Below, in pieces: positions 1 through 13,114 of a stretch of 64,000 nucleotides of DNA. Under the pieces are notes generated by a model. That model was not told the origin of the DNA. It did not search any database and saw only the letters and a list, made by a program, of their open reading frames with translations. The position numbers were made by a program, and so were the translations under genes. The first letter of the stretch is position 1; each line of letters begins with the position of its first letter. This DNA is from Monocercomonoides exilis PA203 (Eukaryota > Protista > Preaxostyla), in contig LSRY02000046.1 of NCBI GenBank assembly GCA_001643675.2, positions 124,001 through 188,000 on the forward strand, in the 5' to 3' direction.

Positions 1-1351
1 GCATTTAGATTTCATTCTTCGAAGGGACAGCCATTTTGAGCAAGTCAATTGATTATTATTCGATGTTTGAAAGCGTTTGTAATATGACCAGCATCAGATT
101 AATTGGAGATAAGTGTCATTTTCGATTTGCTCTTCACTCTTCATTTGCCTTCCAAAAGCACAGTTCTTGCATTCTGTTTCGATACTTATTTTCAGTTTAA
201 TGGCTTTCAGTTCTTGACTATCAAGAAATGCAACGAGGCCGTGCCATCTTTCTCAGCATGGGAATTGTCAAATTAAAGCCAACTTTTTTCAACCTTCTTC
301 CTCAACATTGTTGAAGAAGAGCCAGCCCCGCTCAGTTCGCATTCAACTTCCCTCAAACTCAACATTTGCGTATTTCATCTATTTTTCTTTCTTTTTTTGA
401 GTGCCTTTCATTCACACAGACTGAAGAGTCACATTCTTCAAACATTTCAAAATGAATGTTATTGTCTTTTCAGCAGATCCACTTTGTTTGTCTCAATTGG
501 CCAATCTTCTTCTTCCTCTTTTTCTTCTTCATAAAATTCATCGTCATTCCACCTTTTCATCCTTCTTCGTCTTCTTCCACTTTCACTTCGACTCAGATGA
601 CTCAATCAAGCACAACAAGGCGCATCAACAGTCAAAGCAGAAAAGAAGAAGAAGAAGAAGAAACAAATTGTTTTATTTGAGATAATTACAAAGTGATAAG
701 CCACATTTTCTGTATTCAGAAAAAATCAAAATATATCTTTTTTTTGCACCACGCTCATGAAAGTTGTTGAACTGTCTTCACAAAAGGAGAAACTGAAGCC
801 AGCAAGATCATCATCAATTCGAGTGGGACATCCAACAAGCTGGCATCTTTTGTTGGATTCTGTGAAGAATATGACGTCAACGATGAAGAAAGAGAGGCAT
901 GCTTCAAACAACCAATTCAGGGCATTCATTTCGATTTGCTGAGAAAGAGTTGAATTGAAGATGAGAACGCAAGAAGAGGAATGATGTGTATTTGATTTTG
1001 CTATTTGCATCCTCGTCTTTTCACCAAATGCTTTTTTGGCATTGCACTGCAATTTCATTGTCTATTTCTTTCTTTTTATTTTCATCGACAATCCTGTTAT
1101 GATGTTTTCGAAGCGATTTCAGACTTTTCTGGGAAAACATTTCACAATGTCATTTGTGATTTCAACAGAAATGAAGAAGATCTTCAGTTTCGTTGCGTCC
1201 CTTCAATTTCTTTGCCTGTTCAGTTGTTCGAGAAACATTGTTTCGTTCTGCCTCTCAGCAAAAACAAATTTTGATTTTCCCTTTCACCAATTTTAACAAG
1301 ATAATTATTTTCTTTTAACAAGTGGGCACAACAAAAGAACATTGAAACATA

Positions 1352-2843
1352 GGTTAATTCACAATTTACGACCGTGAATAAAATTAACATATGTTGAAGC
1401 TATGATGATAACATGTCGTGCACATATGTTTTTTTCTTTCAACTATTTGCGGAAACTCGAAAAAAAATATTGAATTTTTTGTATAATTATTTTTTGATCA
1501 AAAATTTTTAAAAATTTGATAGAAAATTTTAAAAAAATTTGCAATTTGAGATTGATATGCAAACAAATATTACTTAACAAATGTGATTTAAGCAATGCTA
1601 CTGTTTTTTATTCGTGTTCATATTCAGAATGCTTTGCTCCATCTCTAACTTCCATGGTGTCCTCAGAAATTTCTTCATATTTTTCAGATAAAACTTGTTC
1701 ATCCAATTCATCATCTTTTTTGTGGCCTTCCTTTTCTTCTTCAACTTATTCTTCCGCTTCACATTGGAAATATTTCTCTCACAGTTTCAACAAACGTTGA
1801 TTGTTTTCTTTTTAGAAACACAAAAGAAGAAAGATAATCATCAATGAATTTTCCTTCATCCTCGTACGATGCAAATCTCTTCGAAATTGACTCCAAAGTC
1901 CCTGAATCATATCTGTGCATATTTCGCTTTCTGAGTATTAAAAATGATATTTTTGGCAGATTGTTTTGTGGCCATAATCGAGATCACTGAGAGATGAGAA
2001 GGCTCTCCATTCATCACTGTGAATCACAGTTCCTGGAATGATATTTGCCTGAATGATTGGTAGCAATGTGTCTTTTTTTCTTTTAGGGACTCTGAAAATA
2101 AAAAAAGCATCCTTGTTTCCCGTCCTGAGTTTTTTGTGCAGCTCCAAATAGCCAGATCTGCTTCTTCCATCTGCCTTTATAATATTTTCTTTTGTTCAAA
2201 ATTGCTTTGTTAATTTCGACAATTGAATTTTCTCCTCCAATTGGCTGAAATGATGATTCTGCGCTCTGCACCATTGCTGCTGTTGCAAGGGAATAGTAAA
2301 AACCAACTGTGTTTCTATGGACACCAAGAAGTGAAGAAGTTTGAGAAATTGAAAGCTTCATCCATTTATAAATGAAAAAATCCATTTTTTGAAAATTCAT
2401 ATTTTTTGATTTTCTTTTGAAAGATTTGATAGCAGGCTTATTGTTTGATTGCATCTGAAGCACCTCCATTGCATGGAAATTAGGATTTCATTCATTGAGA
2501 AAAATTTCATAATGGCAATTTGTACATTCTTTGTATCTTTGATTCAACACTTCATTTCTGAACCATTCCCATGTATCATTTGTGTTAAGAAATAATTCGT
2601 TGAAGAAGCTAATTTAGAATTCAAGATCATCCATGTGCAATCAGAAAATAATTGCATAATGAATAATTAGACCAAAATTTCTGAAAAAATCCATATTTCG
2701 AGATGAAAAATAATAAATTTCTTGGGTCCTTTTAAAAGTTTCCGCATGAAAGAAATTGTTCCAAGCAATATTCATCGGTTTATTATTATTATTGTTATTA
2801 ACTATACAGAATTTTGTCTACGGTTGTTTATTTTGCACTCAAC
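1352..2843 (-). mobile_element. Merlin (ISXO2/IS1595-like) DNA transposon relic
   Basis: Left TIR GGTTAATTCACAATTTACGACCG at 1352; degenerate right TIR CGGTTGTTTATTTTGCACTCAAC at 2821-2843. Encloses an ISXO2-type transposase remnant. TSD not preserved. Confidence 0.8.
1800..2634 (-). pseudogene. Degenerate ISXO2-like (Merlin) DDE transposase
   Basis: Zn-ribbon CTNC...WRCFRC, then PIGGENSIVEINKA (usually VEIDES), KRKYYKGR, QIWLFG, TLLPIIQANIIPGTVIHSDEWRAF. Contains stops and frameshifts; 3' end approximate. Confidence 0.85.
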
Positions 2844-3072
2844 GAATTTTCTACGTCAAAGCATCATTTCAACAATTTCAATGATCCGTCCATCTTTTCC
2901 CAGCTGTTAAAAATTTTGGCATAGGTTTGAAACTTAAACATGTCTTGAAATGTTCATGTTTCTAAATACTATATCTTTGATGATATTTTGAGGCAATCAA
3001 ATGAACTGATTTAACAATCGAAAAAATTTTATGAGAAGCTTAAGAAAAGATGTCGATATTTCTAATCTTAAA

Positions 3073-3340
3073 TTTCTCATATGTGTCAAATTTTTTTTGA
3101 AAAGTTCCTTTTTGTTAAATTTTCTAAAAGAATAAATATTTCCTATTTCGATCAAATTTCCGTTCCCAATCATGAAAATTCATATAAATGGAAATAATAA
3201 CATTGTCAAGATTTTGTTTTTATAATTGCAAAATTAGATGAGTGGAAACAGAAATTTGATCGAAATATGAAATTTCTCTTTATTTGAAAATTAAACAAAA
3301 AGAACTTCTTAAAAAAATTTTGACATGTGTATCTGAGAAA
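3073..3340. repeat. Foldback/MITE-like inverted repeat with ~95-bp arms
   Basis: TTTCTCATATGTGTCAAATTTT...TATTTCGATCAAATTTCCGTTCCC pairs imperfectly with GGAAACAGAAATTTGATCGAAATA...AATTTTGACATGTGTATCTGAGAAA. Mirror copy at ~51642-51909. Confidence 0.7.
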
Positions 3341-4171
3341 ACGGCTTTTCTGAATTTGTCGTTATGACATATGAAAATTCAATACAGAACAGAATCCTTT
3401 GTCAAATGTGTGAATCTTTTTGATATCATCTTTTTACCATCAAAATTTATGAAAAAAATATTTGTTGTAAACGCTTTGAGATCAATCAAATACTTTTGTG
3501 AAAAAACATAAATGCACTTCTCTGCCTTTCAGTGAAAACATGTGTTTTAAAGACAATAATTTGAAGGTATATAACGTATCTTTGAAAAGGATTTAGCACA
3601 TTTCTTTGTGCCAAAAAATAATTCATTCACCGAAAAAAGGCATGATACCGAAAATTATCACTTAAACACATTATTGATCCACACTTCTTGTACTCCTTCT
3701 TTTTGTATTATGAAAATTTGTAATCCCAACCAATCTCTCAAAAATTTTCATTGTGAAACATTGAAAAAAAAGAAGAAAATTCCTTCTATTCGTCCATTCA
3801 ACTTTTGTTTAAAAAGATTTATATCACTGTTGTTAATATTTTTTCTGTTAATTTTCGAAATGACAAAGAGAAAAAGATCTGAATTTTTATGAATGAAACA
3901 ATTCGTCTATTCGTAATTATATTCATTTGATAAAAAATTATGCATATTAAAAAAAAATTTTTTTTTTTAAAGGAACTGATCTAATCGGTTATTTCGATTT
4001 TCATTAATTTTCTAAGAAAATATATTTTTATTTTGCCTTTGAAAGGATTATTTGGTTAACTGTTATTAACAAAATTATGAAAACCAAAGAAAGACTAAGG
4101 TGATTTATTGACCCAGACTTTATTTTTTGAATAAGTTGATTTGACCCACTTTTCTTATTATTTTAACTATA

Positions 4172-4716
4172 GCTCTGTGACCTGACAAATAACTTGAAGC
4201 CTCGTCTGTCACAAAAAAAAAAAAAAAAAAAAAAAAAATAAAAAATAAAAAATAAAAAAATAAAAATAAAAAAATAAAAAAATAAAAAAAAAATAAAAAT
4301 AAAAAGTAAAAATAAAAATAAAAATAAAAATTTTAAAATTAACGTAAAATATACGATTGCTAAAACTTCCAAAGACTTTTCGAAGCACTATGGAAAAGAT
4401 TTGTTGATAGCATATGTAATATCTTGTCGTTTTTTCTCTTTTGTCAGTGACCGTCAGTGACTGTCAATGATAAATTGTGACAAAAATATTCCTCAACTGA
4501 CATTTCGTGTCAAATAAAATAAATATTGGGAACTTGATCATTTTATTTTTATTTTAATTTTTTCATAATAATAATTATTTCTTGAATATTTACAAATTAA
4601 TTATTTTAGTAATTAAGAATTATGAAATCATTATAAATAACTTTTTTTGACAAGTCATAAATATCTTGTCAGTCATTTTGTCATTTTTTCAATTTTCTCT
4701 TGTCATGTCACAGAGG
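4172..4716. mobile_element. MITE with short TIRs flanked by TATA (TA-target type), containing an A-rich tract
   Basis: TATA|GCTCTGTGACCTGACAA ... TTGTCATGTCACAGAGG|TATA. Many internal TGAC/GTCA motifs; A-rich tract at 4213-4330. Confidence 0.65.
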
Positions 4717-5036
4717 TATAATTTTAACAATTTTCAATGAAAAAAAAGTCTGTTGTTGTAAATTAATATTTAATTACAATACCTAATCTCTGATGGTGTG
4801 GTGTGGAGATGGGGGGCTTAGCTTCTCCATCTCTGATTAGTGCCTACCCTGAGGAAATTAAAAAATAGCAACGGTGCTTTCAAAGTTAGGGTTTGATCGG
4901 AAAATATTTTTTTTCTTTTTTCATATCAAAAAAAATTTTTTGAACAAAAATAAAAAGATTATAACCAATATTTATTTTGTATGAATAAGGTTCAAAACAA
5001 GAAAGAATGTAGCTAGATAATTCTTCTAAAATAAAT

Positions 5037-6351
5037 ATGATGGCATTTGAATATAGAAGAATTGAAAATCGCTATTAACGCATGGCACGTATAGTTGATT
5101 ATGATTATGTTTGAATTGCTGACACAAGAAATTCAAATGTATTCTCGCGTTCTGCAGTCATAAGAGCAGTTTCTGCAGTTTAGAGCGGAAGAACTGTTGG
5201 AAAAACAGGCAGGTCAGAGCTGTTTAACGAAGATGACAAAAATACTAATGTTGGAGTTATCAAGATTGAAAGTTTATCTGGAAGAAGTTTGAATACCAAG
5301 AGAACAAGAGAATTAGTTTGTTTTCATCTTTATTATTCTTTTGTTTCAAATAATATTTATTTTTCAGATGGAATCCGTCCTCATCGACAAAAAAAGACGT
5401 TCAGAAACTGAAGTTGATGAAAATGCCAATGTATCAAAAGCATATCCATATTTATTTGCAAAAAGGAATTCAGAGCTCAAAGCATCCATGGCCAGAAATG
5501 TGGATATCCAACGTCTTTCGGTATCCAACCAACAAGCTCTTCTTCCCTTCTGCGAGCTTCTGCAATACCTTCATGATTCACATAATTATTCACCTTCTTT
5601 GATCTTTAACACTGATGAATCTTCACTCCGCCTGTCTGATTCCTTCAAAACTCTTGTGATTCACCCTTCGGGAGTTCCAGTTGGATTTCAAACAACACCC
5701 ACAAACATGCCAAATGCCACTTTGGTTGTCGCAGCTGCTGCAGATGGATATTCTCTCAAAAGCGTTATGTTGTTGCCATGCCACAAATTTACAAAGGAAA
5801 TGGGTGTTCTGCTGGCCACACAGATGGAAGTTTGGGATAACAACGAAAGATGGATGACAGAAAGCATTTTAAAAAAAAGATATGCAAAAGAGATTTTATT
5901 AAATAGAATCATCGAAAGAAGGGATAGTTTAATGAAGAACCATGAAAGTCAAATTTTTTATTTTTTTGATTCTCATTCTTCTCGTGCTCAGCCAGATATC
6001 TGGCAGATATTTGCTCGTAACAGCATTGACGTCGTCACTTTTATTTTTCACATTTCATTCATCGCACAACCTTTTGATTGTGGTGTTTTTACCATCTTCG
6101 AAGAACGTATCAGTTTTCTCCACTTTGTGCATCCAGATTCTTCCATTTCTTTCCGATGTGAGACCATCTCTGACATTTTCCCACAAACTTTTCAGACAAC
6201 ATTGCATCCAACAACTGCCGTTTCTTCGTTCAATAAAAGCTATGTGATTTCAAAAAAGCTGCATTCAGTATTGCCAACCCTTTCAAAGGAATCTTCAGTG
6301 ACTCTTAAAAAGAGAACACATAGGTTCGATTTTTTTGGAAAAAAAAACTGA
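5037..6351 (+). pseudogene. pogo/CENP-B-like DDE_1 transposase pseudogene
   Basis: LIFNTDESSL, ATLVVAAAADG, FFDSHSSR and IAQPFDCGVF match the pogo-type DDD core. The 5' exon (5037-5315) has in-frame stops; intron 5316-5367 (GTTTG...CAG). Confidence 0.85.
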
Positions 6352-6592
6352 ACAACAAATACTTGAAGAAAGGAGAAAAGAAAAGAAAAGAAAATGAGAT
6401 AAAAAAAGAAAAAATATTAATGATGATAAAAAGAAAAAATTCTTTTGACAGCTGAAAAGTCCTTACAAAGAAAATTTTACAAATCCCACATTTGGAATGA
6501 TGGTAATTTGGATGATGAATCTAAGAAGAAAAATTCCAGAAAAATTGAAAGAAGAGAACATGTTGATTAAGCAAATTATAAATCATTTCCAT

Positions 6593-7206
6593 GGTAATTG
6601 CACAATATACGACCGTTAATAAAAATTTGTATGAATGATTGTAACGTGGTTGTTTTCTGTTTCACAATGTTATTCTTTCTTTCTTTTGTGCGGAAACTTT
6701 TATTTTTGGATGAATCAGTTTATTATTTCGCACTAAATATGCTATTGGACAAATTTTTTAGACTCGAATAATATTCAACAATTATCTCAAAAAACAGATA
6801 AAAAATAAAAATTCGACTAGCAGGAACTCAAACATGCTTTGAGAAAATACATTTTAATTTGTTCCCAATTTGAATAGAGTATTTTTGATTTTTGTCAAAT
6901 ATAATTTATTTGTGTAAAAAAAATTTGAATTATATATTCAATTGAATTAAACCCCAATAAGTTGATTTGGGATAAAGCCCTATCATTAAAACTGTGATAA
7001 AAAAAGCAAACAAATAAAAACCCTTAAAAAACTCATTTATTTCATTAAAAATTGAACAGGATTCGGAATTTTCAAGAAAATCGAAAATAAGATATTTCAC
7101 AGTTTCCGCACACAATCATCAGAAAAAAACTTATGTGCACAATATGTTGTTATCATTGCTGTGACATATGACAATTTTGTGACCGGTCGTATCTTGTGCA
7201 TTAACC
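6593..7206. mobile_element. Non-autonomous Merlin-type MITE, 614 bp, 8-bp TSD
   Basis: ATTTCCAT|GGTAATTGCACAATATACGACCG ... CGGTCGTATCTTGTGCATTAACC|ATTTCCAT. TIR resembles that of the Merlin relic at 1352. GG termini and an 8-bp TSD are typical of Merlin. Confidence 0.9.
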
Positions 7207-7620
7207 ATTTCCATTTTCATTATCTTAATATGACTGCATGAAAAAACACTTTTTTTGTTTCAAACCAAAATTATAAAAAAAGTCTTAGTTTATAAATCAC
7301 TCAATTAAAAATTGTTATGTGATGGTTTGCATGGTTACAAAATCGATGCTGTTTGTTATCATCTTTTGTGATCATAGAATTTGCACAAATGAGTTTTGAA
7401 TACAATTTTTAACATTTGTGATCAAAGCCATATTTAAGCTTTTAAGTTTTTGTTACCTTGTTTTCGTGGTATATAAAGGTTCGAAATTATATATTTTAAT
7501 ATATATTTATTCTTGTGCTGAATTTATTTATATATAGATTTATATCTATTGTCTGCTGTTGTTTTTTCATCATATTTATGAAAAATTAAAATCTTGTTTA
7601 TTTTCTTTTTAGGAAATTCA

Positions 7621-10600
7621 ATGTGGAAAATTACACTAATCCTCTTTTTACTACAACATTTGGAAAGCAAGAACCTAAAGCCTCTTGTTTTGACGCCTGC
7701 AAATTTTTCGGCTGTTCAAGAACAACCAACTCTCGTAACATTTTATGCCCAATGGTGCCCTCATAGCAAGCGAATGCTTCCAGAATTAAGCAAGGCGGCT
7801 CTTCTTTTGCAGGACGAAGATGTTTTAACAGCTCAATTAAATTGCGACAAATTTGTAGCATTTTGTCGAAATTTAAAGATTGAAGGATTTCCAACGACAA
7901 GACTTTTTAAGTTTGTTTTAAAAAATTCGATTATTTTTTAATATAAAACCGAGTTTTTGATTTAAAATTTCTTTTAATTTAAGGGGAAACGAATCAGTTT
8001 CCTATTTTGGAGATCGCACCGCAGCTGCGATTTATGCTTGGACACGAATCCAACTTCACCCGTTGCTGAGAATTTTTAAAAACAGCAAAGATGCCGACAA
8101 ATATATATTGTCAAATAGGAAAACTCTTGTTGCGAGAGTTCCGAATTTGGGAATGCCTGAATATATGGCATTTAAAACTGTTGCCGGATTATCAAAAACA
8201 GGCATCGCTCATGCTGCAGTTGTGGATGAGACATTAAGTGAATGCGTTCTCGAAATGCATTTAGTTGGAAGCGAATGCGATGAAACAGTCAGCGATGGTG
8301 ACAATCCAAGTTCTGATAAGATCAAAGATAATATACCGCACAATGTGTACAGATACGAAGGATTGTGGGAATGGTACTCGATTATTGAATACGAAAAGAG
8401 TGCTTCACTTCCGCTGCTAACGGAAATAAATGCAGAAAACGCTCACAACTACGTGGAAGCAGCATCGCCTACACTGTTTGTGTTTCTGGATCCGAAGGAC
8501 CCTTTCAACGAACAGAAGCGTCAGGCAAAGAGAAAGATGGAGGAAATCAAGCAGGCGTCTCGCGAGGAAAGAAGACGGAGAGAAAATGCAGGCAAGCAAA
8601 GCGAGCCAACGCCCACAGCAGTTGATGCGCCTGCTTCAGCAGCCGAGTCGGCGAACACGCCGTATGAGGCGAATGTGACTGTTCTGCTGCATCAGATGCT
8701 GGCAGATGTGGAGTCTGTCTCCAAGTCGATGCGTTCGATGGGGAACGATGTGCGGAACCGGCTGCGTGTGGTGTGGGTGGATACTCACAAGTACGGGCGG
8801 ATGGCTGGCGTGATGGGTGCACTCAGCGAGGCAGAGAGGAACGAGAGGCGGAAGAAGTGGGTGAGAGAATGGCTGAGCAGCAGAGAAGGCGGAGAAGGCG
8901 GAGAAAGAGGGAAACAGGAAAATAAGCTTGAAAACAGCGAGGCTCGCTCAAAGGATGCAGCATCAACAGGCGAAGAGGCTGGGCTGGATGCGACGTTCTT
9001 CCCGTTTGCGGTGATAGCAGCGCCGATGTCAGTGTTTGATGCACAGCAGAAGAAGCGATACAATCTCGACTGGGTGACAGTGGAGGAAGAGAAAGAAGCA
9101 CAACATCTGCTGACATCGCCGTCGGTGCGGTTGCTGCCGAGATACCGCTCGATGGTGTATTTCCCTCTGGACATTGCAGAAGAGATGAGGAGAGAGCGGG
9201 AAAGAGAAACAGCCAGCGAACAGGGAAAGGACAAGAGCAGCAAAGACACAGCAGGCAAAGTGAATGGACAGGGCAGCCATTCAATTGCCAGCTGCCTTCT
9301 GTCTGAAGACGATGTGCATTACGACGGCGCGCTGTTCAAACGAGTACTGACCAGCTTCATCACCTCTTTCTACAACGGACACGCAGCACCCGCCAGCCGT
9401 TCACAGCCCATTCCATACTCTCCTTCTTCCTCTCCTTCTCCTTCTCCTTCTTCTTCTTCCTTTTCACTGAACCAGTCGCTGTTCGACTTGGGGTTCTTCC
9501 CGCCAGACATCCCAATCAACGAGAGTGTGTTTCCTGAAGTGCTGGCGAAGGAGAAGAAGAGAAGGCAGGAGATGCTGGATCTTGCCATCAAGCTGAGCGA
9601 AGAGCAAAGGGCACGCACCAATGAGACAGACAACAACAACAAAGCAAAAGGAGGAAGCGAAGGGCAGCCAAAGGAAGGGGAGAAGGAGGCAAGCAGCGAC
9701 AGTTCTGCCAGTTCTGCCAGTTCAACCAGCTCTGCCACCGACTTTGGGACCGAAGCGTATCCGTCGTTCATCTCGAGGCATCCAGAGCTCCCCACGTTTC
9801 CCTTCTCTGCCGCGACGAGCATTCTCGAAGTGGTTGGAGACTCCTTCTCTTCTGTTGTGCTCAACCCGAGGTATCATTGTGTCGTGCTCTTCCATGCTCC
9901 TTTCTCGACTGCCTCGAACGATGTGCTCGGGGCATACAGACAAGTCGCCAGGAACTTCATCGCTAAAGTGAAGGTGCCCAAGCCATACTACCCGCTTACG
10001 AACGCCCCGTCGATCTTTGCGAAAACAGGAAAGGAAGACGGTGCGAATGATAAGATAAATGAATCTACTTCTTCTTCTTCTTCTTCCTCCTCTCCCTCTA
10101 ACAGCACATCCAAACCTCGCCGCCCTCCTCTCTTTGTCCCTCAGATTCCTCCATCCACCATCGTGTTCTGCACCTTCGATGTGTCGCAGAATTCGGCGCC
10201 GGCGTCGCTGGGAGTGTCTTTTTCAGGCATTCCGTCGCTTCTTCTGTTTCCCCGCGGAATAAACGGGAAGGTCAACCCCATCCGCTGTGAAGAGCCATAC
10301 ACGTTTGAGACGATCCGGAAGTTTATTGTGGGAGGGACAGGAGGCGAGGAAGGAGAGAAGGAGAGAGAGAGAGAAGGGGAGAAGATGATGCGGATGGAGA
10401 AGAAGCGGAGGAAGGTGACTGTTTCGGGGGAGGTGCTGGGGGCAGACGGGAAGGCGCGGTCGAAGGAGGATGAGGAGTGGGTGGAGGAAGAGGAGATACC
10501 AGAGACTATGGCGTGGGAGGGGGAGGAGGACACCGCAGGGATGAGCGAAGAGGAGCGGAAGGCGAAGGAAGAGGAGGATTGGAGAAGAGAACACGACATG

Positions 10601-10774
10601 GAGTATCAGATGGCCAAGCAGAAACTGGAGATGGAAGAGGCGAACAGGGCAGAGGAGGAAGAAAGAAGGAGATACGAACAACTCCAACAGCAACGCGCAA
10701 AGGAACAACAGAAACAAGCTGATGGAAACTCAAAGGAAGCAGAAGACACAAACAAAATCAAGGACGAACTATAA
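7621..10774 (+). CDS. ER protein disulfide isomerase-like protein (~1026 aa), CxxS active site, C-terminal KDEL
   Basis: Signal peptide; thioredoxin domain VTFYAQWCPHSKRM...IEGFPT. Intron 7911-7983 (GTTTG...AAG) joins in frame to ORF 8063-10774. Second Trx-like domain (EVVGDSFSSVV...VLFHAPFS); ends KDEL-stop. Confidence 0.88.
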
Positions 10775-11107
10775 TTGATTCACCTCACATGACCAATAGA
10801 AATAATCTTCCATTTTTCTAAATTTTTTATTTGTTTTGTAAGATTAATCAATTCTTGCGTGAATATATATCATTTCTGTTTATTAATTTGTTTGCACTAA
10901 TTTATTTATTAATAATGAAAATTGAATTATTTTCTCAAAACAAAAATGATCTTGAATATCCCTTTTTTCGAGAAAAATCAACTCTTTAATTTCCGCTTTT
11001 GCTTTAGATTTCTGATCTGAAATCACAAAAAGTCTGCCGCATACCTATTTAAAAGGTGATTATATATTAATTTTACATTAAAATTAGATATTTATAAAAT
11101 TTTTGAG

Positions 11108-13114
11108 ATGGCTCATTTTGGATCTGCTTCTTCAAGGACTCATGACTTGTTCATTGGCGATCTGACTCCTGAAATCACAAAGGAACACATCGTGAATTTT
11201 ATCCTCGAAAAACTTGGACCAAATACCATGGTTACTGCTATGGTATGTTATGACCATAATGCACCGGGCCGTTCCCTTTGCCATGGATATATCAACTTTC
11301 AAAAACAAGAAGACGCTGAAAAGGCTCTCAACATCTGCAATTACACAGCCATTGTCCCAGGAGGAAAACCATGTCGTTTGATGTGGGCGCAACCAGATGC
11401 TACGCTCCGCCGTTCTGGAGCAGCAAACGTTTGCGTTAAGAACTTGCCTTCGACTTTTGAAAATAAACAACTTCACGATGAATTCAGCGATTGTGGAACA
11501 ATTTTGTCGTGCCGTGTTTCTGAATTTAATAGAAAGAAAGGACGTCCGACTCACGGATTTGTTCAATTTGAAACAAAAGATATGGCACAAAAATCAATTG
11601 ATCAGAAAAATGGAAAAGAAATTGAAGGATTAAAATTGATTGTCGAATTTGCAAGACCCTTTGATCAATATGTTCATAGAACTTGCTTTATTTCACAATT
11701 GGATCCTGAAACAACAGAAGATGACTTGAAGGAATTTGTGAAAGAAATTGAAGAACCGAAAAAGGCAATTGTTATAAAGAATAGCGAAGGTGTTTCCAGA
11801 CAATTTGGGTTTGTATGGTTCGAAACAAAAGAGAAAGCTCAAGAATGTGTCGATAAGATGAATGGACAAATTCTCAAAGGAAAGCCAGCAAAAGTTATGA
11901 TTGCTCTTTCAAAATGGGAACGTCTTAGATATAAGAGACAACTTAGAGAAATGACAAAATTCCGCAACTTGTATATTCGCGGTTTCCCTACAGATTTTGA
12001 CGATGACAAACTCAGAGAAATCTTCGCTGTTCATGGCCCAATCACTTCATGCAAAGTTATGAAAAGTGAACAAGGTATTTCACGTGGATACGGCTTTTGC
12101 TGCTTTGAAAAGGATGAAGATGCACGAAAAGCGTATCTTGCCCTGAACGGACAAAAGATTGAAGGAACAGAAAACGTTTTATTAGTTAACTATGCACAAC
12201 CAAGAAGTGATAGATTGTCAGCATTTTCCAACCAAGTTGCAATGAGAGCCCCAAGAACATCATTCTATGGAATGCCATTGACTTCTGATATGCAGCAGAT
12301 GATGGCAATGACCCCACAGATGATGGAAGGTGCTCCATTCCTTCAAAGTGGTGCAATGCAAAACAGAATGAGAATGGGCAGAACAGCTGGTGGAATGGCT
12401 GGAATGGAAGGAGTTGCAGGAATGATGAATCAGATGGGAATGATGGGACCTGGAGCTGGAGCGATGGGACCAACTGGCGGTGCTGCTCTCAGACAGCCGC
12501 ATGCTGGTAGAGGTGTCGGAGGTGCGATGGGCGCAATGATGGGACAGATGAATGCAATGGGCCATGTTGGTGCTATGGGCGGAATGGGACGCCAAACACA
12601 AGGCCAACATGCCCTTATTCCCGGTATTCCAGGACAACGTGGAGGTGTACCAATTCTTCCCGGAATGGGACCTGGATATCCAACTACACCGTCTGGTCCG
12701 ATGATGAGCACTCCATCTTCATTGATGTCAATGGGAACACCAACTTCTCAAGTTGGATCTGGTGTTTCCGTTGCTTCACCTGCTTCACAAGGAGTTGGAT
12801 CAGCATCTACAACACCTTCTATGACTCCAATGACTCCTTCTTCAAACATTTCAACACCTAATCAACAGCCACAAGTGCCTACTTTTGATCCTCAAAGATT
12901 GGCTTCTCTTAATCCAGATGATCAGAAACAATACATTGGAGAGTTCTTGTACCCCACAATTCAAAATGAAGATCCCGTATGTGCTGGAAAGATTACTGGT
13001 ATGATTTTGGAACTCGACATTTCCGAACTGATCAGATTGTATCAAAAGAAGGAAGATTTATTGCAAAAGGTTAAAGAAGCTCAGCTAGTGTTGAAAAACG
13101 CTGGACAAGTTTAA
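11108..13114 (+). CDS. PABP: Polyadenylate-binding protein
   Basis: Four RRMs (HGYINF, HGFVQF, FGFVWF, YGFCCF), CRLMWAQPDATLRRSG linker, Gly/Met-rich linker, C-terminal MLLE domain (KQYIGEFLYP...AGKITGMILE). Confidence 0.96.
   Translation: MAHFGSASSRTHDLFIGDLTPEITKEHIVNFILEKLGPNTMVTAMVCYDHNAPGRSLCHGYINFQKQEDAEKALNICNYTAIVPGGKPCRLMWAQPDATLRRSGAANVCVKNLPSTFENKQLHDEFSDCGTILSCRVSEFNRKKGRPTHGFVQFETKDMAQKSIDQKNGKEIEGLKLIVEFARPFDQYVHRTCFISQLDPETTEDDLKEFVKEIEEPKKAIVIKNSEGVSRQFGFVWFETKEKAQECVDKMNGQILKGKPAKVMIALSKWERLRYKRQLREMTKFRNLYIRGFPTDFDDDKLREIFAVHGPITSCKVMKSEQGISRGYGFCCFEKDEDARKAYLALNGQKIEGTENVLLVNYAQPRSDRLSAFSNQVAMRAPRTSFYGMPLTSDMQQMMAMTPQMMEGAPFLQSGAMQNRMRMGRTAGGMAGMEGVAGMMNQMGMMGPGAGAMGPTGGAALRQPHAGRGVGGAMGAMMGQMNAMGHVGAMGGMGRQTQGQHALIPGIPGQRGGVPILPGMGPGYPTTPSGPMMSTPSSLMSMGTPTSQVGSGVSVASPASQGVGSASTTPSMTPMTPSSNISTPNQQPQVPTFDPQRLASLNPDDQKQYIGEFLYPTIQNEDPVCAGKITGMILELDISELIRLYQKKEDLLQKVKEAQLVLKNAGQV

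Larger units (their letters stand above)
1..4214. repeat. Copy A of a near-identical inverted duplication; uninterrupted, carries the empty target site of the giant element
   Basis: 1-3373 is the reverse complement of 51609-54981 (mirror ORFs, coordinate sum ~54982). 3368-4214 is the reverse complement of 15281-16126 (sum ~19494). The differences I noticed were homopolymer lengths. Runs off the window start. Confidence 0.95.

Noticed and set aside
4164-4176. TAACTATAGCTCT resembles the LSU rRNA homing-endonuclease site region
   Set aside because: Short match with no other rRNA similarity; explained as a MITE junction.
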